DNA of 64,000 bases from Chloroflexota bacterium (GTDB taxonomy: Bacteria; Chloroflexota; UBA11872): contig OZ252016.1 in assembly GCA_965247475.1 (NCBI GenBank), positions 654,143-718,142 on the forward strand, read 5' to 3'. Below, piece by piece: positions 51,732 through 61,748 of the stretch. Below the pieces are notes generated by a model. The model was not told the DNA's origin and made no database searches. It was given only the letters and a program-made list of their open reading frames with translations. A program made the position numbers and the translations under genes. The number at the start of each line of letters is the position of its first letter. The first letter of the stretch is position 1.

Positions 51732-53294
51732 TTACTGGCCCTCTGCCTCCTCCGCGTGGAGCACCGATGCCTGACGTGGGAATACCGGTGCGGTTTCCAG
51801 GTTCTCGGGCCGTTCCAGCGCGAACTTGTCAAACGTGAGCTGCACGTCGATTGGGTACTCGTGCGTAAAGCAGCCCAGGCACAAGGCATTCCTGCCCTGG
51901 CCGATCGTCGCTACCAGGTTGTCGACCGTCAGGTATTCCAGGCTGTCCGCGCCCAGCGATTGACGGATCGCGTTCGTCGCTTGCTTGTGCGCGATGAGCT
52001 CGCCGGGATCTGGGATGTCGATGCCAAGGAAGCAGGGCCAGCGGATCGGCGGCGCCGTGATTCGCACGTGGACTTCGGCGGCCTGGCCCTGTTCGCGCAG
52101 CAGCCGGACCAGCGCGGCCTGCGTCGTGCCGCGAACGATGCTGTCGTCCACCATCACCACCCGCTTGCCGCGGGTGACCTCGGGCAACGTGTTGAACTTC
52201 AGGCGCACGCCCAGGTGCCGCAGGCGCGGCGTCGGCTCGATGAACGTTCGCCCGATATAGCGGTTGCGCACGAAGCCGTCCGCGTAGGGCAGGCCGGACT
52301 CCTCGGCATACCCGGTGGCGGCCGCGATCGCCGAGTCCGGCACGCCGATCACGAGATCGGCGGCAACCGGTCGCTGCCGCGCCAGATAACGCCCCATCGC
52401 CCGTCGAACGGCGTGCACGCTGGCGCCGCCAAGCACCGAATCCGGTCGCGAGAAATAGATGTACTCGAACGCGCAGGTCGCGTGGCGCAGCGGCAGTTCT
52501 ATGCGGTTCGACTGCAGGCCGTCATCGTCGATCGCGATCACTTCGCCGGGCCGGACATCCCGCTCGAAGCTGGCGCCGATGGCGTCGAGCGCGCAGGTCT
52601 CCGAGGCGATCACCCAGGTTCCATTGATCTTGCCGATCGAAAGCGGCCGGTTCCCCATTCCGTCCCGCGCCGCGATCAGTTGGGTCGGCGTAGCGATGAT
52701 CAAGCAGAACGATCCGCTCAGCCGCGGCATCACATGGCGCACGCGCTCGGCGATCGTCTTGCCCGGCGCCACGGCGATCAGGTCCGCGATCACTGCCGAA
52801 TCGGTGGTCGCCGATGCCGCTCGCCCGTCGACCGCGTATTCGCTCCGCAGCGCCAGCGCGTTGACGATGTTTCCGTTGTGGCCGAGCGCGATCGGCCCGA
52901 TGTCGGTGTCCCGCAAGACCGGCTGGATGTTCGCGGCGTTGCTGGAGCCCGCGGTCGAGTAGCGGCAATGCCCGATCGCCAGATGCCCCTTGAGCCGGGC
53001 GAGCCGGTGCTCCGAGAACACGCGCGAGACCAGGCCCATGCGGCGCTCGGCGTGCACGCGAGTCCCGTCACCGACCGCGATTCCGGCGCTTTCTTGCCCT
53101 CGGTGCTGGACGGAGTACAGCGCGAAGTACGTCTGGATCGCGGCATCGTCCGACGTGCCGTAGGTGCCGATCACGCCGCAGGCCTCGCGCAGCCGCGGTG
53201 GTCCGGCTGGCGCGGCGGGCTCGTAAATCGGGCCGGGATGGCGCTGCACGCGGTGGCGTCTCGCTGTACCTCGCCCGTGGTCCATGTTAGCCAT
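51732..53294 (-). CDS. purF: amidophosphoribosyltransferase (Fe-S type) with an N-terminal propeptide
   Basis: ...REACGVIGTYG Ntn-hydrolase Cys, PRTase domain, and a C-terminal Cys cluster. The ATG at 53292-53294 lies 2 nt after the purL stop. Confidence 0.92.
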   Translation of the reverse strand: MANMDHGRGTARRHRVQRHPGPIYEPAAPAGPPRLREACGVIGTYGTSDDAAIQTYFALYSVQHRGQESAGIAVGDGTRVHAERRMGLVSRVFSEHRLARLKGHLAIGHCRYSTAGSSNAANIQPVLRDTDIGPIALGHNGNIVNALALRSEYAVDGRAASATTDSAVIADLIAVAPGKTIAERVRHVMPRLSGSFCLIIATPTQLIAARDGMGNRPLSIGKINGTWVIASETCALDAIGASFERDVRPGEVIAIDDDGLQSNRIELPLRHATCAFEYIYFSRPDSVLGGASVHAVRRAMGRYLARQRPVAADLVIGVPDSAIAAATGYAEESGLPYADGFVRNRYIGRTFIEPTPRLRHLGVRLKFNTLPEVTRGKRVVMVDDSIVRGTTQAALVRLLREQGQAAEVHVRITAPPIRWPCFLGIDIPDPGELIAHKQATNAIRQSLGADSLEYLTVDNLVATIGQGRNALCLGCFTHEYPIDVQLTFDKFALERPENLETAPVFPRQASVLHAEEAEGQ

Positions 53295-55509
53295 CAAGCC
53301 CGTCCCCAGCGAGTGCGTTTTCCAGGCCGCCGCGCCACGCGGCCTCCACGTCGTCCACTGCCAGATCGAGCGGCCCCATGTGGAGGCGGGACCCGCCCGT
53401 CTCACCCACGGCGACGGCCGCGACCTTGGCCGCGGCCGCCCGCGCCTCGATGTCTCGCCACGCGTCCGGCGCCGCGCTGACGACCGCTCGCGACTGCGTT
53501 TCGCCGAACAGCGCGATGTCGTTGCGCCCGTCCACGGGAGCGAGGTCGATGCTCGCGCCGATCCCCCCGCCAATTGACGACTCGGCCACGGCAACCGCCA
53601 GCCCGCCTTCGCTGCAATCGTGGACCGACCTCGCCAGTCCATCTCGAATCAGCGCGCGCAGCACGGCTTGCAGACGCACCTCCAGGTCGAGGTCGACGCC
53701 GGGTCGTCCGGCCACGGCGCCGTGAACGTGCGCCAGGTACTCACTGCCGTCGAGCGAGGGCTTGACCGCGCCGATCACTCCAACCACATCGCCGCTGGCT
53801 TGAAACGCGGTCCCGCAACGGGCGTCGGCGTCCTCCAGCAGACCCAGCATCCCGATCACCGGCGTCGGCCAGATGGCCTTGCCGCCCGTCTCGTTGTACA
53901 GGCTCACGTTGCCGCTCACGACCGGCGTCTCCAGTGCGCGGCAGGCGTCGGCCATGCCGTCGATGACCTCCGAGAGCTGAAAATACACCGCCGGGTCCTC
54001 GGGAGACCCGAAGTTCAGACAGTTGGTGACCGCGATCGGCGTCGCGCCGACGCACGAGACGTTGCGCGCCGCCTCGGCGACCGCGATCGCGCCGCCCGCG
54101 CGCGGGTTCAGATAGCAGATGCGCGCGTTCCCGTCGGTCGCCAGCGCGATCGCGCGGCGGGTTCCCTTGATTCTGACGACGGCGGCGTCGCCGCCGGGAG
54201 GCCCGATGGTGTTGGTGCCGACCATGTGGTCGTACTGGCGGTAGACGGAGCCGCGGCTCGCGATGTTCGGCGACGCGAGCAGCTCCAGAAACGTGGATTC
54301 GAGGTCGGCGGGCTCGGGAAAGTCAGCCGGGTCCAACGCTTGCGCCGCGTCGACGTACGCGGGTCGCGTGACGTCGTAGGCGTAGGTCGGCGCGTCCACC
54401 AGCATGTCGATCGGCAACTCCGCCACACGGGTTCCGTTCGTCCGTACCGACAAGTCGGCCTCGCCGGTCACCGCGCCAATCACGTCGCTGTGCAGGCCCC
54501 ACTTCGCGAACACGGCCTGTAGCTCGGATTCACGACCGCGTTCCGCGACGACCAGCATCCGTTCCTGGCTCTCACTTAACATAACTTCGTAAGCCGACAT
54601 GCCGTCGGCTCGTCGCGAGACGTGCTCGAGATCGAGCCTCACCCCGGTGCCGCCTCGCCCGGCCGACTCGACCGACGCGCTGGTCAGACCGGTCGCACCC
54701 AGGTCCTGGAGCCCGACGATGGCGCCGGTTCTCAGCGCCTCCAGGCACGCCTCCAGCAGCAGCTTCTCCATGAACGGGTTGCCCACCTGCACCACGCCGC
54801 GATGCGAGGCGGTCGGGTCCTCGACCGAAGCGAAGGTCGCCCCGTGAATCCCGTCGCGGCCTGTATCGGCGCCGACCAGGATCAACGGATTGCCGGTGCC
54901 CGCGGCCGTCGATGGCGTCAGGTCTTCGTGCCGAACCACGCCCACGCACATCGCGTTCACGAGCGGGTTGCCCGCGTAGCAGGGCGCCACGCCGATCTCC
55001 CCCCCGACCGTCGGGATGCCCACGCAGTTCCCGTACCACGCGATTCCGCCAATGACGCCGTTGGCGAGATGGCGGTTGCGCGCATCCCCTAGCGGGCCGA
55101 ATCGGAGGCTGTCCAGGATCGCGATTGGCCGTGCGCCCATCGTGAAGATGTCCCGCAGAATTCCGCCGACGCCGGTGGCCGCGCCCTGAAACGGCTCCAC
55201 CGCGCTCGGGTGATTGTGGCTCTCGATCTTCATCACGGCGGCCAGACCGTCACCGATGTCCACCGCCCCCGCGTTCTCTTCGCCCGCGCCCACCAGGACC
55301 CGTGCCCCCGATGCCGGCAGGCGCCTGAGCAGCGGCCGCGAGTGCTTGTACCCGCAGTGCTCGCTCCACATCCCACCGATAATTCCGAGCTCCACCGGGT
55401 TGGGCGCCCGGTCCAGTGCGTCGTACGCGTCGTGGTACTCCGCGCGGGTGAGCGCCACCTCTCGCAGGACCGCCGCCGTGGGTTCCACGACCGACGGCTC
55501 GCCGCTCAC
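53287..55509 (-). CDS. purL: phosphoribosylformylglycinamidine synthase subunit PurL
   Basis: 740 aa small-type PurL (GGMWSEHCGYKHS...). Confidence 0.95.
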   Translation of the reverse strand: MSGEPSVVEPTAAVLREVALTRAEYHDAYDALDRAPNPVELGIIGGMWSEHCGYKHSRPLLRRLPASGARVLVGAGEENAGAVDIGDGLAAVMKIESHNHPSAVEPFQGAATGVGGILRDIFTMGARPIAILDSLRFGPLGDARNRHLANGVIGGIAWYGNCVGIPTVGGEIGVAPCYAGNPLVNAMCVGVVRHEDLTPSTAAGTGNPLILVGADTGRDGIHGATFASVEDPTASHRGVVQVGNPFMEKLLLEACLEALRTGAIVGLQDLGATGLTSASVESAGRGGTGVRLDLEHVSRRADGMSAYEVMLSESQERMLVVAERGRESELQAVFAKWGLHSDVIGAVTGEADLSVRTNGTRVAELPIDMLVDAPTYAYDVTRPAYVDAAQALDPADFPEPADLESTFLELLASPNIASRGSVYRQYDHMVGTNTIGPPGGDAAVVRIKGTRRAIALATDGNARICYLNPRAGGAIAVAEAARNVSCVGATPIAVTNCLNFGSPEDPAVYFQLSEVIDGMADACRALETPVVSGNVSLYNETGGKAIWPTPVIGMLGLLEDADARCGTAFQASGDVVGVIGAVKPSLDGSEYLAHVHGAVAGRPGVDLDLEVRLQAVLRALIRDGLARSVHDCSEGGLAVAVAESSIGGGIGASIDLAPVDGRNDIALFGETQSRAVVSAAPDAWRDIEARAAAAKVAAVAVGETGGSRLHMGPLDLAVDDVEAAWRGGLENALAGDGLDG

Positions 55510-56198
55510 GCCGACGCCACGCTCAGGAGCGAATTCCAGATCGCCAGACCGCTCGAGCTGCCCAGCGCATCCTCGGAGGCGCGTTCAGGGTGCGGCATCA
55601 TCCCGACCACGTTGCGGCGCTCGTTGCAGATGCCCGCGATGTCATCCACCGATCCGTTCGGATTGGCCGCTGGCGAGCGCCGGCCGTCCTCGCCGACGTA
55701 GCGGAAAACGACCCGGTCCTGGTCGTTCAGCTGGGCCAGGTCATCGGGCGTCGCGAAGTAGCCGCCCTCGCCGTGGGCGATCGGGATCCGCAGCACCTGC
55801 GCGGCCGTCGTTGCCGCCGTGAACGGCGTGGTGGTCGCCTCGACGCCCAGGTGCACCCACTCGCACCGGAAGCGAAGGCTCCGGTTGCGGAGCATCGCGC
55901 CTGGCAGCAGACCGGCTTCGAGCAGGATCTGGAATCCGTTGCATACCCCGAGCACCGGTACGCCCCGCCCGGCGGCTTCGCGCACCGCCTTCATCACGCG
56001 CGCATGCGCGGCCATCGCACCGGTTCGCAAGTAGTCGCCATAGCTGAACCCGCCGGGAAGCACGATCAGATCGAATCCGTCGAGCGTCGTGTCGTCGTGC
56101 CAGACGAACTCCGCCTGCACTCCGGCGGCTTCGTTCAGCGCGTGGTGCGTATCCGCGTCGCAGTTGCTGCCGGGGAACACGACAACCGCCGCGCGCAT
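55506..56198 (-). CDS. purQ: phosphoribosylformylglycinamidine synthase subunit PurQ (glutaminase)
   Basis: Class I glutamine amidotransferase (VCNGFQIL...HPER). ATGA overlap with purL. Confidence 0.93.
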   Translation of the reverse strand: MRAAVVVFPGSNCDADTHHALNEAAGVQAEFVWHDDTTLDGFDLIVLPGGFSYGDYLRTGAMAAHARVMKAVREAAGRGVPVLGVCNGFQILLEAGLLPGAMLRNRSLRFRCEWVHLGVEATTTPFTAATTAAQVLRIPIAHGEGGYFATPDDLAQLNDQDRVVFRYVGEDGRRSPAANPNGSVDDIAGICNERRNVVGMMPHPERASEDALGSSSGLAIWNSLLSVASA

Positions 56199-56200
56199 GC

Positions 56201-56476
56201 TTACGTCGCGACCTCCACGCCGGTCTCGATCTCTATCCGAAAGTCCTCGATCACCGGATTCGCCAGCAGATCCCGGGACATCGCTTCGAGCTGATCGCGC
56301 GCTTCCGTCTCGTCGCCGGCCGCGAGGGTCACATCGATCAGCTTGCCGACCCGAACGGCTCGAACCTTGCCGTAGCCGATGCCGTGCAGACTCCCGAGAA
56401 CCGTCACGCCCTGCGGGTCGTTGACACCCGGCTTCAACCGCACGGCCACGCGGGCGACAAAGGTGCGCTCGCTCAC
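56201..56476 (-). CDS. purS: phosphoribosylformylglycinamidine synthase subunit PurS
   Basis: About 80-90 aa PurS between purC and purQ. Confidence 0.85.
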   Translation of the reverse strand: MSERTFVARVAVRLKPGVNDPQGVTVLGSLHGIGYGKVRAVRVGKLIDVTLAAGDETEARDQLEAMSRDLLANPVIEDFRIEIETGVEVAT

Positions 56477-57351
56477 GCGGTCAGCCGATCCATGATCCCG
56501 CGATATCGCGCCGCGGTGCGCTCGACGATCTCCGCCGGCAGCTCGGGCGCCGGCGGATCCCGATCCCAGCCGCTCTCGATCAGGTGATTGCGAACGATCT
56601 GCTTATCGAAGCTGGGCGGCGACGTACCGACCACGTATTCGTCGACCCCCCAGAACCTGGAAGAGTCCGGCGTGAGCACCTCGTCGATCAATGACAGCTC
56701 GCCGTCGATCCAACCGAATTCGAGTTTCGTGTCGGCGATGATGATGCCGCGTTCGCCGGCATAGTCGCGCGCCCGCTTGTACACACCGACCGTGAGGTCG
56801 CGGAGCCGTTCGGCGACATCGCCGACGATCTGCCGGAACCCCTCGAAATCGATGTTCTCGTCGTGACCCGTCTCGGCCTTCGTGGCGGGTGTGAACAGCG
56901 GCGATGCGAACGGCTCGGCCTCCCGCATCCCGGCAGGGATGGAGATTCCGCAGATCTCGCCCGATGCCTGGTAGTCGACCCACCCGGAGCCGGTGATATA
57001 GCCGCGCACCACGCATTCGGCATCGATCCGATCGGCCTTGTGCACCAGCATCGTGCGCCCCCGCAGCGCGTCGCGGTGCGGCGCCACCTCGTCACCCATC
57101 GCATTGACGTCGGTCGTGATCAGATGGTTCGGCACCAGGTTCTCGGTCATATCGAACCAGAACTCCGACATGGCCGTCAGCACCGCGCCCTTCCCGGGGA
57201 TCGGATTGGGAAGGATGCGATCGAATGCGGAGATGCGGTCGGTTGTGACGATCAGTAGTCGGTTGCCGAGGTCGTAGATGTCACGGACCTTCCCGCGCAT
57301 CAGCAGATTCAGCCCGGTCAGATTCGTCTCGCTGATCGTGTCGATCGTCAT
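56473..57351 (-). CDS. purC: phosphoribosylaminoimidazole-succinocarboxamide synthase
   Basis: SAICAR synthetase (LLMRGKVRDIYDLG...TKLEFG). ATG at 57349-57351; ATGA overlap with purB. Confidence 0.93.
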   Translation of the reverse strand: MTIDTISETNLTGLNLLMRGKVRDIYDLGNRLLIVTTDRISAFDRILPNPIPGKGAVLTAMSEFWFDMTENLVPNHLITTDVNAMGDEVAPHRDALRGRTMLVHKADRIDAECVVRGYITGSGWVDYQASGEICGISIPAGMREAEPFASPLFTPATKAETGHDENIDFEGFRQIVGDVAERLRDLTVGVYKRARDYAGERGIIIADTKLEFGWIDGELSLIDEVLTPDSSRFWGVDEYVVGTSPPSFDKQIVRNHLIESGWDRDPPAPELPAEIVERTAARYRGIMDRLTA

Positions 57352-58694
57352 GGTGTTGCCGGTGCCTCCTCTGTTGCGGCCAGCCGTGTCGGGCCGCTCG
57401 AGCCACTCAGTCCCATTCGTTCGTATGCGGCATCCACCCACCGCAGGTGCGACTCCGAGTTGAACGCCCGATCGAGCTCCGCCCCAGTGAGCCGTTCCGT
57501 TACGTGCGGATCCGACTCGATGCCCCGTCGAAAGATCGATCCCTCGCTCCACGCCGTCGTGGCATGGTGCTGCACGAGCTCATATGCGTCCTGGCGGCTC
57601 ATCCCCGATTCGACCAGCGCCAGCAGCACGCCCTGCGAGTAGATCAAGCCGCCGGTCATGTCGAGGTTGGCGCGCATGCGCTCCGGGTAGACGCGCAGCC
57701 CCCGCATCACATTCGTGAACAGCCACAGCATGTAGTCCAGCGTGATGCAGGCGTCGGGCAGGATCACGCGCTCCGCGGATGAATGGCTGATATCTCGCTC
57801 GTGCCACAGCGGCATGTTCTCGAGCGCTACCTGCACGTGCGAGCGCAGCACCCGCGCCAGACCAGACACACGCTCGCTGCGCGCCGGATTGCGCTTGTGC
57901 GGCATCGATGACGATCCGTGGCGGCCGGTCTCGAACGGCTCCTCCGCTTCGCGAATTTCCGTTCGTTGCAGACTCCGAATCTCAGTCGCGAACTTGTCCA
58001 GCGAGCTCCCGATCAGTGCCAGGGTCGATACCAGGTGCGCGTGCCGATCGCGCTGGAGAATCTGGTTCGATACCGGCGCGGGCGCGAGCCCGAGCGCCGC
58101 GACCGTCGCCTCCTCGACCGCGGGAGACACGTTTGCGTGCGTGCCCACCGATCCTGAGATCTTCCCGACCGCCACCGTCGCACGCGCATCCGCGAGTCGC
58201 GCCCGGTGGCGCCGGAGCTCGTCGACCCAGATCAGCAGCTTGAGCCCGAAGGTCATGGGTTCGGCGTGCACTCCATGCGATCGCCCGATCATCACGCTGG
58301 ACTTGTGCGCCAGCGCGAGTTCCGTCACGACCCGCTCGAGCTCGTCGAGCCGCCGGGCAATGAGGTCGACGGCATCGACTAGCTGCAGCGCGAGCCCGGT
58401 ATCCAGCACGTCCGATGACGTCAGGCCCAGGTGCAGCCAGCGCCCCTCGGGTCCGACCGACTCGGCCAGCGACGCCACGAAGGCGTCCGTCTCGTGGTCG
58501 CGCTGGCGCTCGAGCTCGTCGATGCGCGCGAGCGAGAAGACGGCGGCCTGAAGCTTCTCGGCGTCCTCCGCGGGCACGGTGCCTTCGGCGGCCCACGCGC
58601 GAACCGCCGCCAGCTCGACTCGCCGCTGGCACTCGAACCCGTGCTCGCGGCTCCAGATCGCGCCCATTTCCGGTCGTGTGTATCGGGGAATCAC
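57348..58694 (-). CDS. purB: adenylosuccinate lyase
   Basis: Fumarate-lyase signature GSSSMPHKRNP. Confidence 0.95.
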   Translation of the reverse strand: MIPRYTRPEMGAIWSREHGFECQRRVELAAVRAWAAEGTVPAEDAEKLQAAVFSLARIDELERQRDHETDAFVASLAESVGPEGRWLHLGLTSSDVLDTGLALQLVDAVDLIARRLDELERVVTELALAHKSSVMIGRSHGVHAEPMTFGLKLLIWVDELRRHRARLADARATVAVGKISGSVGTHANVSPAVEEATVAALGLAPAPVSNQILQRDRHAHLVSTLALIGSSLDKFATEIRSLQRTEIREAEEPFETGRHGSSSMPHKRNPARSERVSGLARVLRSHVQVALENMPLWHERDISHSSAERVILPDACITLDYMLWLFTNVMRGLRVYPERMRANLDMTGGLIYSQGVLLALVESGMSRQDAYELVQHHATTAWSEGSIFRRGIESDPHVTERLTGAELDRAFNSESHLRWVDAAYERMGLSGSSGPTRLAATEEAPATP

Positions 58695-58711
58695 GGCCGC
58701 TGCCCGCGCAT

Positions 58712-59995
58712 CTACGCTGCGGCCCCGACCGGCAGGCCCGCCGCCGCGATGTCGGTTCGGAAGAAGGCGTGCTCGAAGCCGATGCCGCCGGCGGCCTGGT
58801 AGGCGGCCGTCCGCGCGTCTTCAATCGCCTTGCCCTGCCCGACCACCGCCAGCACCCGCCCGCCGGAGGTGACGCATTCGTCACCCCGGCGCTCGGTGCC
58901 GGCGTGAAACACCAGCACGTCGTCCGGTACGGCGTCCAGCCCGTGGATGGGAAAACCGGTTTCGTACCCGCCCGGGTAGCCGCCCGACGCCACCACGACG
59001 GCTACGGCTGCCCGGTCGCCGGGCGCCAACGATCCCGGCCTGAGCTCACCGGCGGCCGCCGCCGACATCGCTTCCACCAGATCCCCCTTCGCCGTCGGTA
59101 ACAAGGCTTGCGCCTCGGGATCGCCGAACCGGCAGTTGAATTCGAAGACTTTGGGACCGTCCGCCGTGAGCATCAACCCTGCGTACAGCGCGCCGGTGTA
59201 CGGGACCCCCTCCGACCGGAGCGCTTGCAGCGTCGGTCCCACGATCTCACGCGAGATCCGATCGATCAGCTCAGGTGGCGCGTCCGGCACCGGCGTATAG
59301 GAGCCCATGCCGCCGGTGTTGGGTCCCCGATCGCCGTCCCGCGCGCGCTTGTAGTCGCGTGCCGCGCCCACGATTTCGTGTCTGACGCCGTCGCTGATCG
59401 CGAACACGGACAGCTCCTGCCCGGTCAGCCGCTCTTGAATCACGACGCGCGCCCCGGCCTCGCCAAACTCGCGGTCGACCATACACGCGCGAATCGCATC
59501 CTCGGCCTGGGCCACGGATTGGCAGACGGTCACCCCCTTGCCCATCGCCAGGCCGTCGGCTTTCACGACCGCCGGCCCTGGCCGGTCGCGAACGGAGTCG
59601 AGCGCGAGGCCGGCATCGTCAAAGGTCACGGATTCGGGCGCCGGCACGCCGTGCTTCGACAGCAGCCAGGCCGTCCATGCTTTGCTCGACTCGATCCGTG
59701 CCGCCGCGGCCGTCGGGCCGAACGCGGGGATCGACTCGCGCCGGAGCGCATCCACCAGCCCGCGCGCCAGTGGATCCTCCGGCCCGATGACGACGAGGCT
59801 CGGTCGCGACTCGATCGACCACCGCAGCAGGCCGTCGATGTCGTCGGCGGCGATCGGAACCACCGTCGCCAGTTCCGCGATGCCGGCGTTCCCCGGTGCG
59901 CAGAACAGCTCGGCCTCGGGTCGATCGCGCCGGATGCGCCAGCACAGCGCGTGCTCGCGCCCCCCGCTCCCGACCACGAGGATCCTCAGCGCCAT
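58712..59995 (-). CDS. purD: phosphoribosylamine--glycine ligase
   Basis: MALRILVVGSGGREHAL... ATP-grasp. Confidence 0.95.
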   Translation of the reverse strand: MALRILVVGSGGREHALCWRIRRDRPEAELFCAPGNAGIAELATVVPIAADDIDGLLRWSIESRPSLVVIGPEDPLARGLVDALRRESIPAFGPTAAAARIESSKAWTAWLLSKHGVPAPESVTFDDAGLALDSVRDRPGPAVVKADGLAMGKGVTVCQSVAQAEDAIRACMVDREFGEAGARVVIQERLTGQELSVFAISDGVRHEIVGAARDYKRARDGDRGPNTGGMGSYTPVPDAPPELIDRISREIVGPTLQALRSEGVPYTGALYAGLMLTADGPKVFEFNCRFGDPEAQALLPTAKGDLVEAMSAAAAGELRPGSLAPGDRAAVAVVVASGGYPGGYETGFPIHGLDAVPDDVLVFHAGTERRGDECVTSGGRVLAVVGQGKAIEDARTAAYQAAGGIGFEHAFFRTDIAAAGLPVGAAA

Positions 59996-59999
59996 GGCC

Positions 60000-61577
60000 C
60001 TACTCCCACTCGATCGTCCCCGGTGGCTTCGAGGTGATGTCGTAGACGACGCGATTCACCTGCGGCACCTCGTTCACGATCCGGCTGGATATCCGCGCGG
60101 CCAGGTCCGGCGGGAGCCGCGCCCAGTCAGCCGTCATGAAGTCTTCCGTCACCACCGCTCGAATGGCCACCAGCTCCGCGTACGTCCGGTCGTCGCCCAT
60201 CACGCCGACACTGCGCAGGCCGGTAAGGACCGCGAAGTACTGCGAGAGCTCTCGCGTCAGTCCGGCGACCTCGATCTCTTCTCGCAGAATCGCATCCGCC
60301 TGGCGAACGATCGCCACCCGCTCCGACGTGACCTCGCCGATGATGCGCACCGCCAGGCCCGGGCCGGGAAACGGCTGCCGCCACACGAGCGATTCTGGAA
60401 GACCGAGCTCTAGCCCGACCCTTCGCACCTCGTCCTTGAACAGATCCCGCAGCGGCTCGACCAGTTCCAGCTCTAGGTCCTCGGGCAGACCGCCGACATT
60501 GTGGTGGCTCTTGATGCGCGCGGCCTCGCCGGACACGCCGCCGCTCTCGATCACGTCCGGATAGATCGTTCCCTGTGCCATGAAATCCGCGTCTTCGACC
60601 GACGCGGCCTCGCGCTCGAACACGCGGATGAACAGCTCGCCCACGACCCGACGCTTGTCCTCCGGGTCCGTGATGCCTGCCAGCGCCGACAGGAACTCCG
60701 CACCCGCGTCCACTGACCGGACCTTGAGGCCCATTCCGGTCCAAGCGTCCGCGACGACGGCGTCCGCCTCTCCGCTTCGCAACAGTCCTGTGTCGATGAA
60801 AATTGGCACCAGGCGATCCCCGATCGCGCGGTGCATCAGCACCGCCGTCACCGCGCTGTCCACCCCGCCGCTCAGCGCGGAGATCACGCACGCGCCATCG
60901 ACCTGCGCGCGGATTGCCTCCACCGCCTCGGCCACGATCGAGGTTGGCGTCCAGTCGCCCCGGCAGCCGCAGATACCCAGGGCGAAGTTGCGGAGCATGT
61001 CGGTTCCGCGGGGGGTGTGCGCGACTTCCGGGTGGAACTGCAGCGCCACGATCCCGTTGTCATTCGCCATCGCAGCGACCGGCGAGTCCGGTGATTCGGC
61101 AATCGATCGAAATCCGTCCGGCAGCTGCTCGACGACGTCGCCGTGGCTCATCCATACGTCGATCTCGGACGAAAGCCCTTGGAAGAGCGGGTGACCCGAG
61201 GCCTGAAGCCGAACGCGGGCCGGTCCGTACTCGCGTCGTTCGGACGGCCGGACGGAGCCGCCGAACTCGTGTCCCAGCAGCTGCATCCCATAGCAGATAC
61301 CGAGCACCGGGACGCCCGCGGCGAGCACCGCCCGCGGCAACTGCGGCGCGCCCGCCTGGTACACGCTGGCAGGGCCGCCCGACAGGATCACGCCCTTCAG
61401 ATGTGGGATATCGAGCGAGGAGAGGCCCCGCGCCGGCGCGAGCGTCGTGCGCACGCCGATCTCACGCGTCCGCCGGGCGATCAGCTGGCTGTACTGGGAT
61501 CCGAAGTCGAGGACGGCGATTGTGTCGTGGGCTATACCGATCGCGGCGGGCAGCGGCCGCTGATCTGTCAGAGCCAT
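60000..61577 (-). CDS. guaA: GMP synthase (glutamine-hydrolysing)
   Basis: GATase (LGICYGMQ) plus PP-loop SGGVDS and a C-terminal GMP synthase domain. Confidence 0.97.
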   Translation of the reverse strand: MALTDQRPLPAAIGIAHDTIAVLDFGSQYSQLIARRTREIGVRTTLAPARGLSSLDIPHLKGVILSGGPASVYQAGAPQLPRAVLAAGVPVLGICYGMQLLGHEFGGSVRPSERREYGPARVRLQASGHPLFQGLSSEIDVWMSHGDVVEQLPDGFRSIAESPDSPVAAMANDNGIVALQFHPEVAHTPRGTDMLRNFALGICGCRGDWTPTSIVAEAVEAIRAQVDGACVISALSGGVDSAVTAVLMHRAIGDRLVPIFIDTGLLRSGEADAVVADAWTGMGLKVRSVDAGAEFLSALAGITDPEDKRRVVGELFIRVFEREAASVEDADFMAQGTIYPDVIESGGVSGEAARIKSHHNVGGLPEDLELELVEPLRDLFKDEVRRVGLELGLPESLVWRQPFPGPGLAVRIIGEVTSERVAIVRQADAILREEIEVAGLTRELSQYFAVLTGLRSVGVMGDDRTYAELVAIRAVVTEDFMTADWARLPPDLAARISSRIVNEVPQVNRVVYDITSKPPGTIEWE

Positions 61578-61723
61578 CTAGCGGCTGCGATCGCCCATCG
61601 ACGTGACGCCACTGGCGATTGCCGTCACGCGCGCGCACCCGAGTCGTCGTCGCTTCGACGCGCCGGCCCGCACGAACTATGCCCCCCGGGATTCAATTCG
61701 CTATCTGGAGCGTCGCCCGCTCT

Positions 61724-61729
61724 GCGCCG
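61724..61729 (-). promoter_or_regulatory. candidate -10 box TATAAT (minus strand) about 150 bp upstream of guaA, 17-20 bp from the IS481 left terminus
   Basis: Minus strand reads ...GTACACCTAGCCGGCGCGGGGCTATAATTCGG. Any -35 element would lie within the IS terminus. Confidence 0.3.
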
Positions 61730-61748
61730 AATTATAGCCCCGCGCCGG

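Noticed and set aside
61578-61748. Riboswitch (purine/ZTP) in the guaA leader
   Set aside because: No match to purine or ZTP riboswitch consensus elements by eye. Only a simple 7-bp hairpin (CGTGACG...CGTCACG) just before the start codon.
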